This document shows, piece by piece, positions 9,009 through 19,503 of a stretch of DNA of 64,000 nucleotides (positions within the stretch are counted from its first letter, which is position 1; the number at the start of each line of letters is the position of its first letter). Both the position numbers and the translations under genes were made by a program. The notes beneath the pieces were generated by a model, which worked only from the letters and a program-made list of their open reading frames with translations, had not been told where the DNA came from and searched no databases. This DNA comes from Enhygromyxa salina (GTDB taxonomy: Bacteria > Myxococcota_A > Polyangia > Nannocystales > Nannocystaceae), in the NCBI RefSeq assembly GCF_002994635.1, contig NZ_PVNL01000139.1:82055-146054 (forward strand), in the 5' to 3' direction.

Positions 9009-9673
9009 GGCTCGGCCTCCCCGCGGAGCCGGTAGCCCTTGGCCCGCACGGTCTCGATCAGGCTGGCGTGGACGCCAAGCTTGTCGCGCAGCCGGCTGAT
9101 GTGGACGGCGACGAGGTTGGACTCGGGATCGAAATTCATGCCCCACACGCGCGAGAGCAGCTCGGAGCGGGTCACGACCTGATCGGCCCGCTGGACCAGG
9201 TAGAGCAGCAGGGTCATCTCGCGCTCGGTCAGGTGGAGCGGCCGCCCGGCGACCAGGACCCGGCGCTCGAGTCGATCGACGTCGAGCGGGCCGAGGCGTA
9301 CCCGGCCCTGCTGGATCGTGCGCCGGAGCACGGCCTCGAGCCGAGCGAGGAACTCGTCGATCTCGAACGGCTTGACCAGGTAGTCGTCGGCACCCGAGCG
9401 CAGGCCCAAGACCCGCTCGTTGAGCTCGCCCCGGGCGGTCAAGATCAGGATGGGGATCATGCAGCCTTGCTCGCGGAGCCGGCGGCACACGCTGACACCG
9501 TCGATATCGGGCAGCATCCAGTCGAGGACCATCGCGTCGTAGACCCCGCTCGACGCTCGAGTGATGGCCTCGAGCCCCTGGGCACAGGTGTCGGCGACAT
9601 AGCCCTCCTCGATCAGCACACGGGCGATGAAGCGGGCCAGCTTGGCGTCGTCCTCGACGACCAATACCTTCAC
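9005..9673 (-). CDS. OmpR-family response regulator (receiver + winged-helix)
   Basis: MKVLVVEDD...DAMVLDWMLPDIDG (the phospho-acceptor Asp) and a C-terminal trans_reg_C domain (LTEREMTLLLYLVQRADQVVTRSELL...GYRL). Confidence 0.9.
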   Translation of the reverse strand: MKVLVVEDDAKLARFIARVLIEEGYVADTCAQGLEAITRASSGVYDAMVLDWMLPDIDGVSVCRRLREQGCMIPILILTARGELNERVLGLRSGADDYLVKPFEIDEFLARLEAVLRRTIQQGRVRLGPLDVDRLERRVLVAGRPLHLTEREMTLLLYLVQRADQVVTRSELLSRVWGMNFDPESNLVAVHISRLRDKLGVHASLIETVRAKGYRLRGEAEP

Positions 9674-10064
9674 TCAGAACCTCCGAGCATTGGTAGACCC
9701 TACCTTTCTCCAACAGAAAAATGTGGGATGCCGGTAGGGCCCCCCGTTCAAACCGTGCGTGCGATTTTCCCGCACACGGCTTACCAGTGGCCTCTCCGAG
9801 ACGGGACTCGAACCCGCTGGAGCGGTGCAGCGTGAACGACAAACTCGCCTGGCTTTCGCCAGCCGCGCTCCCCGTTCGTCAGGACGCACCATCGCGGGAG
9901 GCTAGCACGATCTTCGAACTGCCTATCTACGAACCCGATCCTATCGGCGAACATTACGAACATGTAATCCAGACTTAATCTCGATTCGATCTGGCTTGCC
10001 GCATGGTTGCGCCGTGCCGCTGATTGCTCGATCTTGGAGGCCCCGCCGGCGCCCGCGCGAGCGC

Positions 10065-11390
10065 GTGGGCCAGGTAGTGGCGCTGGTCGCAGGTCTCGCA
10101 TGCGTGAGCCTGCTGCAGCCCGAGACCGCCGCCGCGCTCGCCGTGCCGCAGGAGCGCGATGGCGGCCAGGTGTTCCGTCCCAGCGCCGAGCTCGGGCTCG
10201 AGGACCTGCAGGAAATCGTCGGCGAGGGACTGGCCGATCTCGAGGCCGCAGCGCTGCGCGTTGACCTCGCTCGCGCCGACGTCCGACAGAGTCGGCTGCT
10301 GCCCAATCCGATCCTCGATCTCGAGTATGGAACGATCCCATTTGGGACCACCAATCCAGCGGATCTCGACCGCCCCTTTGCCAACATTCCCAATTACGGG
10401 GTTGGAGTCGCCTATCCGATCGAGCTGGGTAAGCGGCGTCCGCGGATCCAGCGGGATCGCGCGCTCGAGCGGGGTGCCCGAGCGGAGCTGGACGCGGTCA
10501 CTCGGAGCCAAGCGCTCGAGCTGGCGGCCACGCTCGGCGAGCTGGCGACGGCGATCCTCCGGCTCGAGGGCTTTGAAGAGATGGTCGCCGACAGCGAGCG
10601 CTCGGTCGCGGCCGCCGAGGTCCGCGTCGCGACCAGCTTCGGTGTGCCGCTCGACGTGGATCGGCTCCGCGTCGAGCTCACGCGCACCGAGCAGCTGGTG
10701 CTCACGGCCCGCAGCGACATCAGCCGCGCGCTGGCCGACTGCGCGACCCGAGTCGGCCGCGCGTGCGAGCGCTTCGTCGACAGCAGCGCGGCGCGAGCCT
10801 ACCTCGAGGCATGGATCGCCGCGGACCCAGGCGAGGTTGCGATCGAGGAGCGCCCCGATCTTCGGGCCCTGTCCGAGTACGGCGAGGCGGCCAGCGCCAG
10901 CGAGCGGCTCGCTCGGGCCCAGCGGATCCCCGATCCGACCTTGCGCGTTGGCTACACCCACGACCGGTTCTGGGTGTCGGGCAACCAGATGAACTCGTTC
11001 ACGATCTCGCTGAGCTTCGCGCTGCCGACCTTCGATCGGGGTCAGGCGCAGCGCCAGGCCGCCGAGGCCCAGACGCACCGACTCGGGGCCGAGCGCAGCA
11101 AGCGAGTCGCGGCTACCCAGGCGCAGCTCCCCGACCTCGCCCGCCAAGTCGAGCTCGAGCGCGATCGTCAGGTGCTCCTGCGCGACGACGCGATCCCGGC
11201 CGCGAAGCGAATCGCCAGCGCGATTGAGGACGCGGCCGAGAGCCGCCTGACGACCATCACCGAGGTCGTCCAAGCCCGTCGAACGCTGCGCGAGCTGCTG
11301 CTCGCCGAAGCCGAGGCCTACGCGGCCGCCTATGAGGCCCGCCTCGAGCTCCTGCGCGTGCTCGCCCCTCCGAATGAGACCAAGCCATGA
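10065..11390 (+). CDS. czcC: Outer membrane efflux protein (CzcC/TolC-like OMF of a heavy-metal RND system)
   Basis: The start is trimmed to the GTG at 10065, VGQVVALVAGLACVSLL (signal-like). The body has TolC-like coiled-coil repeats. The end is ATGA-coupled to the next gene. Confidence 0.7.
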   Translation: MGQVVALVAGLACVSLLQPETAAALAVPQERDGGQVFRPSAELGLEDLQEIVGEGLADLEAAALRVDLARADVRQSRLLPNPILDLEYGTIPFGTTNPADLDRPFANIPNYGVGVAYPIELGKRRPRIQRDRALERGARAELDAVTRSQALELAATLGELATAILRLEGFEEMVADSERSVAAAEVRVATSFGVPLDVDRLRVELTRTEQLVLTARSDISRALADCATRVGRACERFVDSSAARAYLEAWIAADPGEVAIEERPDLRALSEYGEAASASERLARAQRIPDPTLRVGYTHDRFWVSGNQMNSFTISLSFALPTFDRGQAQRQAAEAQTHRLGAERSKRVAATQAQLPDLARQVELERDRQVLLRDDAIPAAKRIASAIEDAAESRLTTITEVVQARRTLRELLLAEAEAYAAAYEARLELLRVLAPPNETKP

Positions 11391-12499
11391 TTCGCTCGAC
11401 CTTCCCAGCCGTTTTGATCCCGCTCCTGTTCACGCTCGCCTGCGCCGAGGCCGAGGGCCAGCCGCCCCGACACTGGGCGGTCGACGACGGCCGCGTGTCC
11501 CTCGGCCAGTCGACCCCGGCCCGGTTCGAGCTCGCCGAAGTGACGACCGGCGAGCCGCTCCCCGCTCCCAAGGTCACGGGCCGGGTCCAGGCGGTGGAGC
11601 TGCTGACCTCGCCCAGCTATCCGCCGCTGGCCGGTCGAGTCGAGGCGACACGTGTGCGGATCGGCGACCAGGTCGCCGAGGGCGATCCGCTGGTCCAGGT
11701 CCGGACCACGGATCTGCCCGCGCTCGAGGGTGAGCTGGCGAGCGCCCGACTCCAAGTTCAGACCAAGGCGGCGACGGTCGAGAAGCTCGAGCGCATGGTC
11801 GAGGCCAAGCTGACGGCCGAGCACGACCTGATCATCGCGCGCGCGGAGCTCGATGAGGCCCGCCTGAGCGCGCGCACGGCCAGGGCCCAGCTGCGCTCGC
11901 TGTCGGTGGCTCGCTCGGGCGACTCGAGCTTCTGGATCCTCGCCCAGCGCAGCGGCACGGTCGTCCAGCTCGACGCGACCCTGGGTCAGCAGGTCGGGCC
12001 CTCGCAAGCGCTCCCCGTCGCGACGATCGCCGATCTCGACGAGGTCCTGGTGATCGCCGACGTCCCCCAGCGAGAGGCCGCGCGCCTGCAGGTCGGGGCT
12101 CAGGCGTGGGTGACCACGCCGGGCTCGATCCACGCGCCGGTCGCTGGCGAGGTCGAGCTGGTCTCGGCGCTCGTCGACCCCGATCGCCAGACCGTCCCGG
12201 TTCGGGTGCGGGTCGCCAATAACGAGCGAGCGCTCCGCCCCAACGCCTACGTCGACGTCGCGTTCACGGCCGTCGACCAGGATCCGGTCGTGCGAGTGCC
12301 GGCCGGCGCGGTCGTCCGCGACGGGCCGCAGACGATCGTGTTCGTCGATGTCGGGACCCGCAGCTTCGAGATCCGGAAGGTCGAGGTCGGGCGGCGCTCA
12401 AAGAATGAGGTCGAGGTCATCCGGGGACTCGCGAGCGGCGAGAACATCGTGACGACCAACGCACTGCTGCTGCTCAACGCTGTCGACCTGGACGCCTGA
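11387..12499 (+). CDS. czcB: RND efflux membrane fusion protein (CzcB/CusB family)
   Basis: A lipoprotein-like N-terminus (LLFTLACAEA) is followed by biotinyl-lipoyl-like and beta-barrel MFP segments. It lies between czcC and czcA with overlapping or adjacent stops. Confidence 0.8.
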   Translation: MIRSTFPAVLIPLLFTLACAEAEGQPPRHWAVDDGRVSLGQSTPARFELAEVTTGEPLPAPKVTGRVQAVELLTSPSYPPLAGRVEATRVRIGDQVAEGDPLVQVRTTDLPALEGELASARLQVQTKAATVEKLERMVEAKLTAEHDLIIARAELDEARLSARTARAQLRSLSVARSGDSSFWILAQRSGTVVQLDATLGQQVGPSQALPVATIADLDEVLVIADVPQREAARLQVGAQAWVTTPGSIHAPVAGEVELVSALVDPDRQTVPVRVRVANNERALRPNAYVDVAFTAVDQDPVVRVPAGAVVRDGPQTIVFVDVGTRSFEIRKVEVGRRSKNEVEVIRGLASGENIVTTNALLLLNAVDLDA

Positions 12500-12500
12500 C

Positions 12501-15500
12501 ATGCTCGACGCACTCGTCCAGTCGTCGCTTCGCCACCGCTTCGCGGTGATCCTCGCTGCTGTCTTGATGCTGGCCTGGGGCGCGCACGCGTTCTCCGAGC
12601 TGCGGATCGAGGCGTTCCCCGACCCCACCGACACCCAGGTCAACATCATCACGCTCAGCACTGGCCAGCCCGCCGAGGAGATGGAGCGACAGGTGTCGAT
12701 CCCGATCGAGCGGGCGGTCAACGGCACGCCAGGGCTCGCGCGGGTCCGCTCGATCAACCTGTTCGGGCTCTCGTTCGTGACCTTGACGTTCGGCGATGGG
12801 GTCGAGCCATTGTTTGCTCGGGCCCAGGTGCTCGAGCGGATCCGAACCGTCGACCTGCCCGAGGGCGTGACCCCGGAGCTCGGCTCGCTCAGCACCCCGA
12901 TCGGCGAGATCTACCGCTACACCCTGCGCGGGCCGCAGACCGACCCCATGGAGCTGCGGACCTTGCAGGAGTGGGTGGTCGCGCCGCGGTTGTCACGGGT
13001 CGCCGGGATCGCGGACGTGGTCAGCTACGGCGGGCTGTTGCGCGAGATCCAGATTCGCCCCGATCCCGTGGCGCTCGCGGCCAAGCAGCTGACCCTCGCG
13101 GAGCTCGAGGCCGCGCTCTCGCACGCGTCGATCAACGCGTCCGGCGGCATCATCGAGGAGGGCGTCGAGCAGCTGGTGATCCGCAGCCGAGGTCTGTTCG
13201 AGGACCTCGACGACATCGCCTCGGTCGCGGTCGCGACCCGGGCTGGCACGCCGATCCGACTCGACGAGGTCGCCTCGGTCCAGGAGGGCTGGGCGCCGCG
13301 TCAGGGCATCGTCGGCCGAGAGGACCAGTTCGACGTGGTCGAGGGCATCGTGTTGATGCGCCGCGGTGAGAACCCGAGCCAGGTGCTCGACGCCCTGCGA
13401 GCCGAGATCGAGCTGATCAACGGGCAGGTCCTGCCCGACGGCGTCGAGATCTCGACCTTTTACGATCGGACCGAGCTGGTCGACACGACCCTGGCGACGG
13501 TCGGGCGCAACCTCGCCGAGGGCGCGCTGCTTGTCGTGTTCATCCTCGCGGTGTTCCTGCTCGACCTTCGCGCCGCGCTGATCGTCGCGGTCGTGATCCC
13601 GCTGTCGCTGGCGTTCGCGTTCGCGTACCTGCACATGCGAGGCATGGCCGCGAACCTGATCTCGATGGGCGCGGTCGACTTCGGGATCATCGTCGACGGG
13701 GCCGTGGTGATCGTCGAGGCGATCGCCGTGCGGATGGCTGCGGACGGCTCCGCCAGCGAGGCCGCGCTCTCGGTCAGCGATCGGATTGAAAAGGTCTTGA
13801 AGGAGGTGGTCCGGCCGACCGTGTTCGCGCTGCTGATCATCATCGCCGCGTACCTGCCGATCTTCTTGTTGCAGCGGGTCGAGGGCCGGATCTTCGCGCC
13901 CCTGGCCCACACCGTGGTCGCGGCCCTGGTCGGCGCGCTGGTGTTCTCGATCACCCTGGTCCCAGTGCTCGCAACCTTTGCCTACCGCAAGCCACGCAAG
14001 CACCGAGAGTCGCCGATCCTGACCCTCGCCCAGGCCATCTACATGCCGAGCTTGAAGGCCGCGCTGCGCCGACCTGCGCTGGTGATCGCGGTCGCGGTTG
14101 GCTCGCTGATCGGCTCGGCTCAGCTGCTCTCGCAGCGCGGCACCGAGTTCTTGCCCGAGCTCAACGAGGGCGCCCTCTACCTGACCTTCACGCTGCCCTC
14201 GAACGTCTCGCTGACCGAGGCCCGCCGGCTCGCGCCAACCCTGGCCAAGATCGTCGATCAGTTCCCGGAGGTCGAGACTCACCTGCATCAGATCGGGCGG
14301 CCGGAAGACGGCACCGACGCCACGCTCTCCAACAACCTGGAGTTCTTCGTCAAGCTGCGGCCGGCCGCCGAGTGGCCCGACGACACCCCCGACCTCGCCG
14401 CGCTGGTGGCCAAGATGGGCGCGTCGTTCGACACGATCCCCGGCCTGGAGATCAATTTTTCCCAGCCGATCCGCGACAACGTCAACGAGAACATCTCGGG
14501 TCAGTTCGGTCAGGTCGCCCTGAAGATCTACGCCGACGATCTCGAGACCCTGCAGAGCGTCGCCGAGGCGACCAAGCTGGCCCTCGCCGACGTCCCCGGG
14601 ATCGCCGACCTCGGCATCGTCAAGAGCGGCGAGGTTCCGCAGATCCAGATCGCGCCGCGCCGCGAGTGGCTCGGTCGCCATGGGCTGACCATGGATGACG
14701 TCCAGAGCTATCTGGCCGTCGCCCTCGGCGGCCAGGCGGTCGGCGAGCTGTGGGAGGGCGAGCGCGTGTTTGCGGTGGTCCTGCGCCTGCCGGACGCCTC
14801 GCGCGAGACCGTCGAGGCGATCTCGGCCCTGCGGATCCCGACGGCCTCGGGCGCCCTCGTGCCGCTGAGCTCGGTCGCCGAGGTCGGCGTCGACTATGGC
14901 CGGGCGTCGATCAACCGCGAGAACGGCCAGCGCTACATCGGCATCCGCATGAACGTGCGCGGGCGCGACCTCGGCAGCTTCGTTCGAGACGCTCGCGCGG
15001 TGGTCGAGGCCGAGGTCGAGACCCCAGCGGGGGTGACCATGCAGTGGGGGGGCGAGTTCGAGTCGAAGGAGCGGGCGATGAAGCGGCTCCTGCTCGTGGT
15101 CCCGGTCGCGCTGGTGCTGACCCTCGCCCTGCTGTTCAAGGCCTTCGACTCGCTCCCGATGGCCTTGCTCGTGCTCTTGACCGTTCCCTTCGCGCTGGTC
15201 GGCGCCGCGCTCGGGCTGTGGATGTTCGACATGCCGGTCTCGATCGCGGCGGCGGTCGGCTTCATCGCGCTGGTCGGGCAGACCTCGCTCAACGGGGTCT
15301 TGGTGCTCAGCGCGGTCGAGGCACGGCGCCGGGCCGGGCTCGGGCTCGACCAGGCGATCTTGCGAGGGGCTCGGGACCGGTTGCGACCGGTGTTGATGAC
15401 CGCCGGGCTCGCGGCGTTTGGGTTGATCCCGGCTGCGCTGTCGCAGTCGATGGGCGCCGAGACCCAACGACCGATCGCGGTGGTGATCGTGGGCGGCACC

Positions 15501-15629
15501 ATCTCTGCGGCCCTGCTCACCTTGCTGGTGCTGCCGGTCATGTATCGCGCAATGATGCGGGCACATGGCCACCTGAGGTGGCGCCGCGAGCCGAGCGACA
15601 CCGATAGCTCGGGCGACGGGGCGTCCTAG
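12501..15629 (+). CDS. czcA: Heavy-metal efflux RND transporter (CzcA/CusA, HME family)
   Basis: The protein is 1042 aa, with 12 TM helices and two large periplasmic loops. The N-terminus MLDALVQSSLRHRFAVILAAVLMLAWG... is conserved as in CzcA/CusA. Confidence 0.9.
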   Translation: MLDALVQSSLRHRFAVILAAVLMLAWGAHAFSELRIEAFPDPTDTQVNIITLSTGQPAEEMERQVSIPIERAVNGTPGLARVRSINLFGLSFVTLTFGDGVEPLFARAQVLERIRTVDLPEGVTPELGSLSTPIGEIYRYTLRGPQTDPMELRTLQEWVVAPRLSRVAGIADVVSYGGLLREIQIRPDPVALAAKQLTLAELEAALSHASINASGGIIEEGVEQLVIRSRGLFEDLDDIASVAVATRAGTPIRLDEVASVQEGWAPRQGIVGREDQFDVVEGIVLMRRGENPSQVLDALRAEIELINGQVLPDGVEISTFYDRTELVDTTLATVGRNLAEGALLVVFILAVFLLDLRAALIVAVVIPLSLAFAFAYLHMRGMAANLISMGAVDFGIIVDGAVVIVEAIAVRMAADGSASEAALSVSDRIEKVLKEVVRPTVFALLIIIAAYLPIFLLQRVEGRIFAPLAHTVVAALVGALVFSITLVPVLATFAYRKPRKHRESPILTLAQAIYMPSLKAALRRPALVIAVAVGSLIGSAQLLSQRGTEFLPELNEGALYLTFTLPSNVSLTEARRLAPTLAKIVDQFPEVETHLHQIGRPEDGTDATLSNNLEFFVKLRPAAEWPDDTPDLAALVAKMGASFDTIPGLEINFSQPIRDNVNENISGQFGQVALKIYADDLETLQSVAEATKLALADVPGIADLGIVKSGEVPQIQIAPRREWLGRHGLTMDDVQSYLAVALGGQAVGELWEGERVFAVVLRLPDASRETVEAISALRIPTASGALVPLSSVAEVGVDYGRASINRENGQRYIGIRMNVRGRDLGSFVRDARAVVEAEVETPAGVTMQWGGEFESKERAMKRLLLVVPVALVLTLALLFKAFDSLPMALLVLLTVPFALVGAALGLWMFDMPVSIAAAVGFIALVGQTSLNGVLVLSAVEARRRAGLGLDQAILRGARDRLRPVLMTAGLAAFGLIPAALSQSMGAETQRPIAVVIVGGTISAALLTLLVLPVMYRAMMRAHGHLRWRREPSDTDSSGDGAS

Positions 15630-15645
15630 CAGCTCGTCTGTCGAG

Positions 15646-15909
15646 TCAGCGACGAGCCCACTCGTCGAGGGACGCATCCGCGTAGGCCTCAGGATCGTCG
15701 AAGTCGTCGCGTTTGGCCTCGCGGACCAGCTCGGCCCGCAGCCCACGACGCGCGCGCAGACGGGTGATCGCGGCGACCAGCAGGCATCCACAAGCCAGCG
15801 CCGTCGCGAGCCCGGAGTTTGGGCCGTGCCACAGCAGCGCGCCGGCGACCAGGCCGAGCAGCGCCGCGACCATCCCGGCCAGGGTGAAGTGCGTCGCGGT
15901 GTTGCTCAT
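15646..15909 (-). CDS. Small membrane protein (2 TM), hypothetical
   Basis: The start is trimmed to the internal ATG (MSNTATHFTLAGMVAALLGLVAG...). It has two hydrophobic helices and a charged C-tail. The longer track ORF would overlap the sulP 3' end. Confidence 0.35.
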   Translation of the reverse strand: MSNTATHFTLAGMVAALLGLVAGALLWHGPNSGLATALACGCLLVAAITRLRARRGLRAELVREAKRDDFDDPEAYADASLDEWARR

Positions 15910-15979
15910 CGCAACCCGCAGCAAGGGCGACCCCGTGAATGGGGCGACAGGCCGGCGAGCCCTGGGTCGGCCCGCGTGT

Positions 15980-17706
15980 TCAGGACTCGGGGACTGCCCG
16001 GCGAAGCGCGTCTCGTGGATCATAGCTGTTACCTTTGGTGGTTGGCTGAGGGCTTGAAGGACTGGAGTTGCGAGGGCCAACGTCAGCGACGAGCCCAGTG
16101 TCATCGAGGCTCGGAACCAGCTTGACCTCGCTGAGCTCGGGACCCATGAGAATCTCGATTAGCGGTGTTCCCCGCTCGCCGATCCCGCTGACCCATACCC
16201 GAACGTCCCCGCGCACGACCAATCGCTCGATCGCCTGGACCAGCGCGCCCGCGCCCGAGATATCGATGGTCGGGACCGCGGACAGCTCGAGCACAACAGC
16301 CTCGACGCCGGTCTCGAGCTCGTCGACGACCTCGGCGAGCTTCGCCTGGGACCCAAAAAACAGCGGACCCGCCAGCCAGATGATCTGCGCGCGCCCGGTC
16401 GGAGTTGCGACTTCGGTCAGGGTTGGCGGGGTCTCGAGCGAGGCTGCGCTGGCAAACTCGCGTTGCTCGTGGGCAAAGTGGGCCAGGGCCGCGACGACGC
16501 CGATCAACACGCCCAGGACAAAGTCCGTCAGCAAGATCCCGGCCGCAGTGACCAAGAAGATCACGGCTTCGTAGCGAGCATGGGTCCAGAGCTTGTAGAG
16601 CAGCCGCCACTCGATCAGCCGCCAGCCCACGACCAGCAAGATGCTGGCGAGCGCGACCAGCGGGATGAATGTGACGAGCGGCGCGAGGACCAGCACGACG
16701 AGGGCGAGAACCAGTGACTGGACCAGCGGAGCCAGTCGCGTGGTGGCGCCAGCTTCGATGGCCGCGACCGAGCGGACGACCGCGGCGGCGACCGGCATGC
16801 CGCCAAAGCTGGCGCTCGCGATGTTGGCGACGCCCTGGGCGACGAGCTCCTGATCCGTTTGGTTGCGCGGACCGCCGGTCCGGCCGTCGACGGAGACCGC
16901 ACACAAGAGCGAGTCGATCGAAGCAATGATCGCGAGCGCGATGGCCTCGGGGATCAACGCTGGGATGTCGACATTCTCGAGGTTTGGCAGCCGTGGCGCA
17001 GGCCAGCTCCCGTCGAGCGGCGCGACCGTCGGGATCTCCCAGCCCAGCCCCAGCGACGCGATCGCGATGACCAGCGCGACCAGCGGGGTCGGGATCCGCT
17101 TGTGGAGACGCGGCAATAGCACCATCGTCACGATCACCACGCACCCGATCGTCACTATCTTGGGATCAATGATGTTCAATGAGCCCAGGGTCATGTCCGA
17201 GACCAGGCGAATGTCCCCGGGTAGACCCAATAATCGCGGGAGCTGACTGTCGAACACCAAGATGCCGACGGCCGCCAGGAAGCCACCAATTACCGGAAGT
17301 GGGATCGCGCGGATGAGGCCACCGACTCGAAACAACCCCAAGCCGATCTGCAGCATGCCCGCGAGCAAGGTTGCGAGGATCAGCCCGTCGAATCCGTGGC
17401 GTGTGACGATCTCGAAGGTGATTGGGGCGAGCGCGACCTCCGGCCCGGTGATCTGCAGCCGTGATCCACCAAGGACCGCGCCGAGCACACCTGCGATTGC
17501 GCCGGTAACCAGACCCACGGCCGCAGGCAGGCCGCACGCGAGGGCCAGCGCCAAGTTGAGCGGTAGCGCGACGAGGGCGACCGTTATCCCCGCTGCGATG
17601 TTGCGCGGGATCTCGGTATGAAACGCCGAGTGCCACGACGCGAGGGTTGCGCGCGCGACCCCTCGCCAATACGCGGATCCCGACAGCGATTCGAGTGGGG
17701 CGGGCA
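15980..17706 (-). CDS. SulP-family sulfate/anion permease with C-terminal STAS domain
   Basis: The start is trimmed to MPAPLESLSGSAYWRG. SulP motifs are present (GITVALVALPLNLALA, GPEVALAPITF). The C-terminal STAS reads AQIIWLAGPLFFGSQAKL...VVLELSAVPTIDISG. Confidence 0.85.
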
Positions 17707-17850
17707 TCGAATCGCAGCCCCTTACACAGACTGTGCCATGCGATGTGGGTAATCTGCGCATCGCAGGATCGGGCCCACTCACGAGTGTTGCGGATAGGCG
17801 CAATTGCAATGAGCGTCGGCCGCGCCCAACCTGTCGGCGAGAACTGACAG

Positions 17851-19503
17851 GTGTCGGGAACCGCGGTCAACACCCGCGGAAAGCACGACCAAAACCGGCC
17901 GACCGACGAGACACGATGTGGTGAATCCGTTCGCGCGGACTGGGTGGCGGTCGGCGAACCGCGTAGTATCCGAGCTGTGACGCAGCGACCTACTGGCGAC
18001 GAAGTCGAAGCGCTGGCGACCGGGCGAACCCCGATTTTTCGTTGGTTGCTCGGCTCACACTGCGTCCCGGTTTTGGTGGTGTCGGTCGCCGTGGTCGTGA
18101 TCCTCGTCGGCCTCGTGCATGTCACCTCGCTGCTGCGGACGCTGGCCGAGCAGGAGCTCGAGTCGCTCCACGACGAGGGCGGATTGCATCGGGCGGCGTG
18201 GACCCTGGACGTCAGCATGCGCCACGGGGAAGGCGACTGTCGCAGCGGTCAGGCACCGGACCCACCGCGCGAGCGTGTCTCGTTCAGCGAAGCCCGGCTG
18301 CGGACGATGCTGGGGCAGGTCCAAGCGGATGTCGCCGCGCCAATGCGGCAGCTCTCACTGGACTACCTCGAGCTGGCCGAGGAGATGCAAAGTCGGCGCG
18401 GGTGTGAGGGTCTGCTGGCGCCGGACTTGCTCCGGCGCCGAGCGCTGCTCGACGAACAGCTGACCAACGTCTGGGTCTCGCGGCTGCAGGAGCTACACCG
18501 CGAGGTCTCGCGCAAAGATCGGGACGCCCGCGAGTTTGGCAACGCCGCAGCGATCGGCGGCATCTTGATCGCCGGATTGTCGCTGGTCGTGGCGGTTGTC
18601 GTTGCTGCCCGTGCAGCCGGAGTCCTCACCCGAGCGCTCGCCAACTTGACGGAGACTGCCCAGCGTGTCGGCCGCGGTGACTTTCGAACTCCCGTCAGCA
18701 TCGGCAATCCTCCGAGTGAGCTCGCCGACTTCGGCGATGAGCTCGAGCGCATGCGCCTGCAGCTCGAGCAGCTCGAGACGCTCAAGCAAGAGATCCTCGC
18801 GTCGATCTCACACGAGCTGCGCACGCCCTTGTCCAAGATCCGCGAGTCGCTCGCGCTGTTGCAAGATGGTGTCGTCGGCGAGGTCGACCCGCGCCAACGC
18901 AAGGTCGTACAGATCGCGCGCCGGGCTTGCGAGTCCGAGATCCGCATGGTCACGACCTTGCTGGATCTGTCGCGGCTGCGGGCCGGCAGCCCCGTTCGCC
19001 GCCACCCGGGCGTCAGCCTCGATCATCTCGTCGCGCGAGCGATCGACGACGAGCGCGCCGTGGCCGATGAGCGCGGGGTCGCCATCAAGCTCGAGGCCGC
19101 GGGTGACTCACCGACGGGCAACTTCGACTCGGTCATGATCGAGCGCGCGATCGCCAACCTGATCCGCAACGCGATCGCCGTCTCCAATCGCGGGCAGACC
19201 GTCACGGTGCGGCGTACCTTCGTCCACGACCGGCCGGGCGCGCGGACCTGGGCGTGCGTGCGCGTCGAGGACCATGGGCCCGGGGTCCCGGAGGAGATCC
19301 GCGAGTCGATGTTCAACGCATTCGTGACCCGTGCCGTACCCAACTCGGCCAAGAGCGTGGGCATCGGCATCGGGCTGTCGCTTGCCCGCGAGATCGCCTC
19401 GGCCCACGCGGGTGAGCTCGACTGCCCTACCCAGCCGACCGGCGCTGTGTTTCGGTTGTGGCTGCCCCTCGACGATCAACCTTCCCCCTCCACGACTTCA
19501 TGA
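17851..19503 (+). CDS. Sensor histidine kinase (TM, HAMP, HisKA, HATPase_c); the partner of the NtrC-type regulator
   Basis: The H-box is ISHELRTPLSKI. The ATPase region reads ANLIRNAIAVS...GIGIGLSLAREIA. The stop overlaps the next start as ATGA. The true start may be a downstream GTG. Confidence 0.75.
   Translation: MSGTAVNTRGKHDQNRPTDETRCGESVRADWVAVGEPRSIRAVTQRPTGDEVEALATGRTPIFRWLLGSHCVPVLVVSVAVVVILVGLVHVTSLLRTLAEQELESLHDEGGLHRAAWTLDVSMRHGEGDCRSGQAPDPPRERVSFSEARLRTMLGQVQADVAAPMRQLSLDYLELAEEMQSRRGCEGLLAPDLLRRRALLDEQLTNVWVSRLQELHREVSRKDRDAREFGNAAAIGGILIAGLSLVVAVVVAARAAGVLTRALANLTETAQRVGRGDFRTPVSIGNPPSELADFGDELERMRLQLEQLETLKQEILASISHELRTPLSKIRESLALLQDGVVGEVDPRQRKVVQIARRACESEIRMVTTLLDLSRLRAGSPVRRHPGVSLDHLVARAIDDERAVADERGVAIKLEAAGDSPTGNFDSVMIERAIANLIRNAIAVSNRGQTVTVRRTFVHDRPGARTWACVRVEDHGPGVPEEIRESMFNAFVTRAVPNSAKSVGIGIGLSLAREIASAHAGELDCPTQPTGAVFRLWLPLDDQPSPSTTS

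Noticed and set aside
9790-9840. A tRNA-like T-arm (GGGTTCGAGTCCCG on the minus strand) in the RR/czcC divergent region
   Set aside because: No acceptor-stem complement, anticodon arm or CCA could be folded around it in either a 76-nt or a long-variable-arm layout. It may be a tRNA/att remnant, but it cannot be called a tRNA gene.
12993-15791. A 932-aa minus-strand ORF opposite czcA, and similar long shadows (2111-3511 +, 41465-43318 -, 55193-57016 -, 45878-47425 +, 52530-53765 +, 21907-23889 +)
   Set aside because: High-GC antisense frames lacking stops. Each overlaps a gene with clear family signatures. Their translations are Arg/Asp/Glu/His-rich with no motifs.
17707-17850. A search for a sigma-54 -24/-12 promoter in the sulP/HK divergent region
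   Set aside because: No TGGCAC-N5-TTGCW-like element on either strand. The closest GG...TTGC pair has the wrong spacing.
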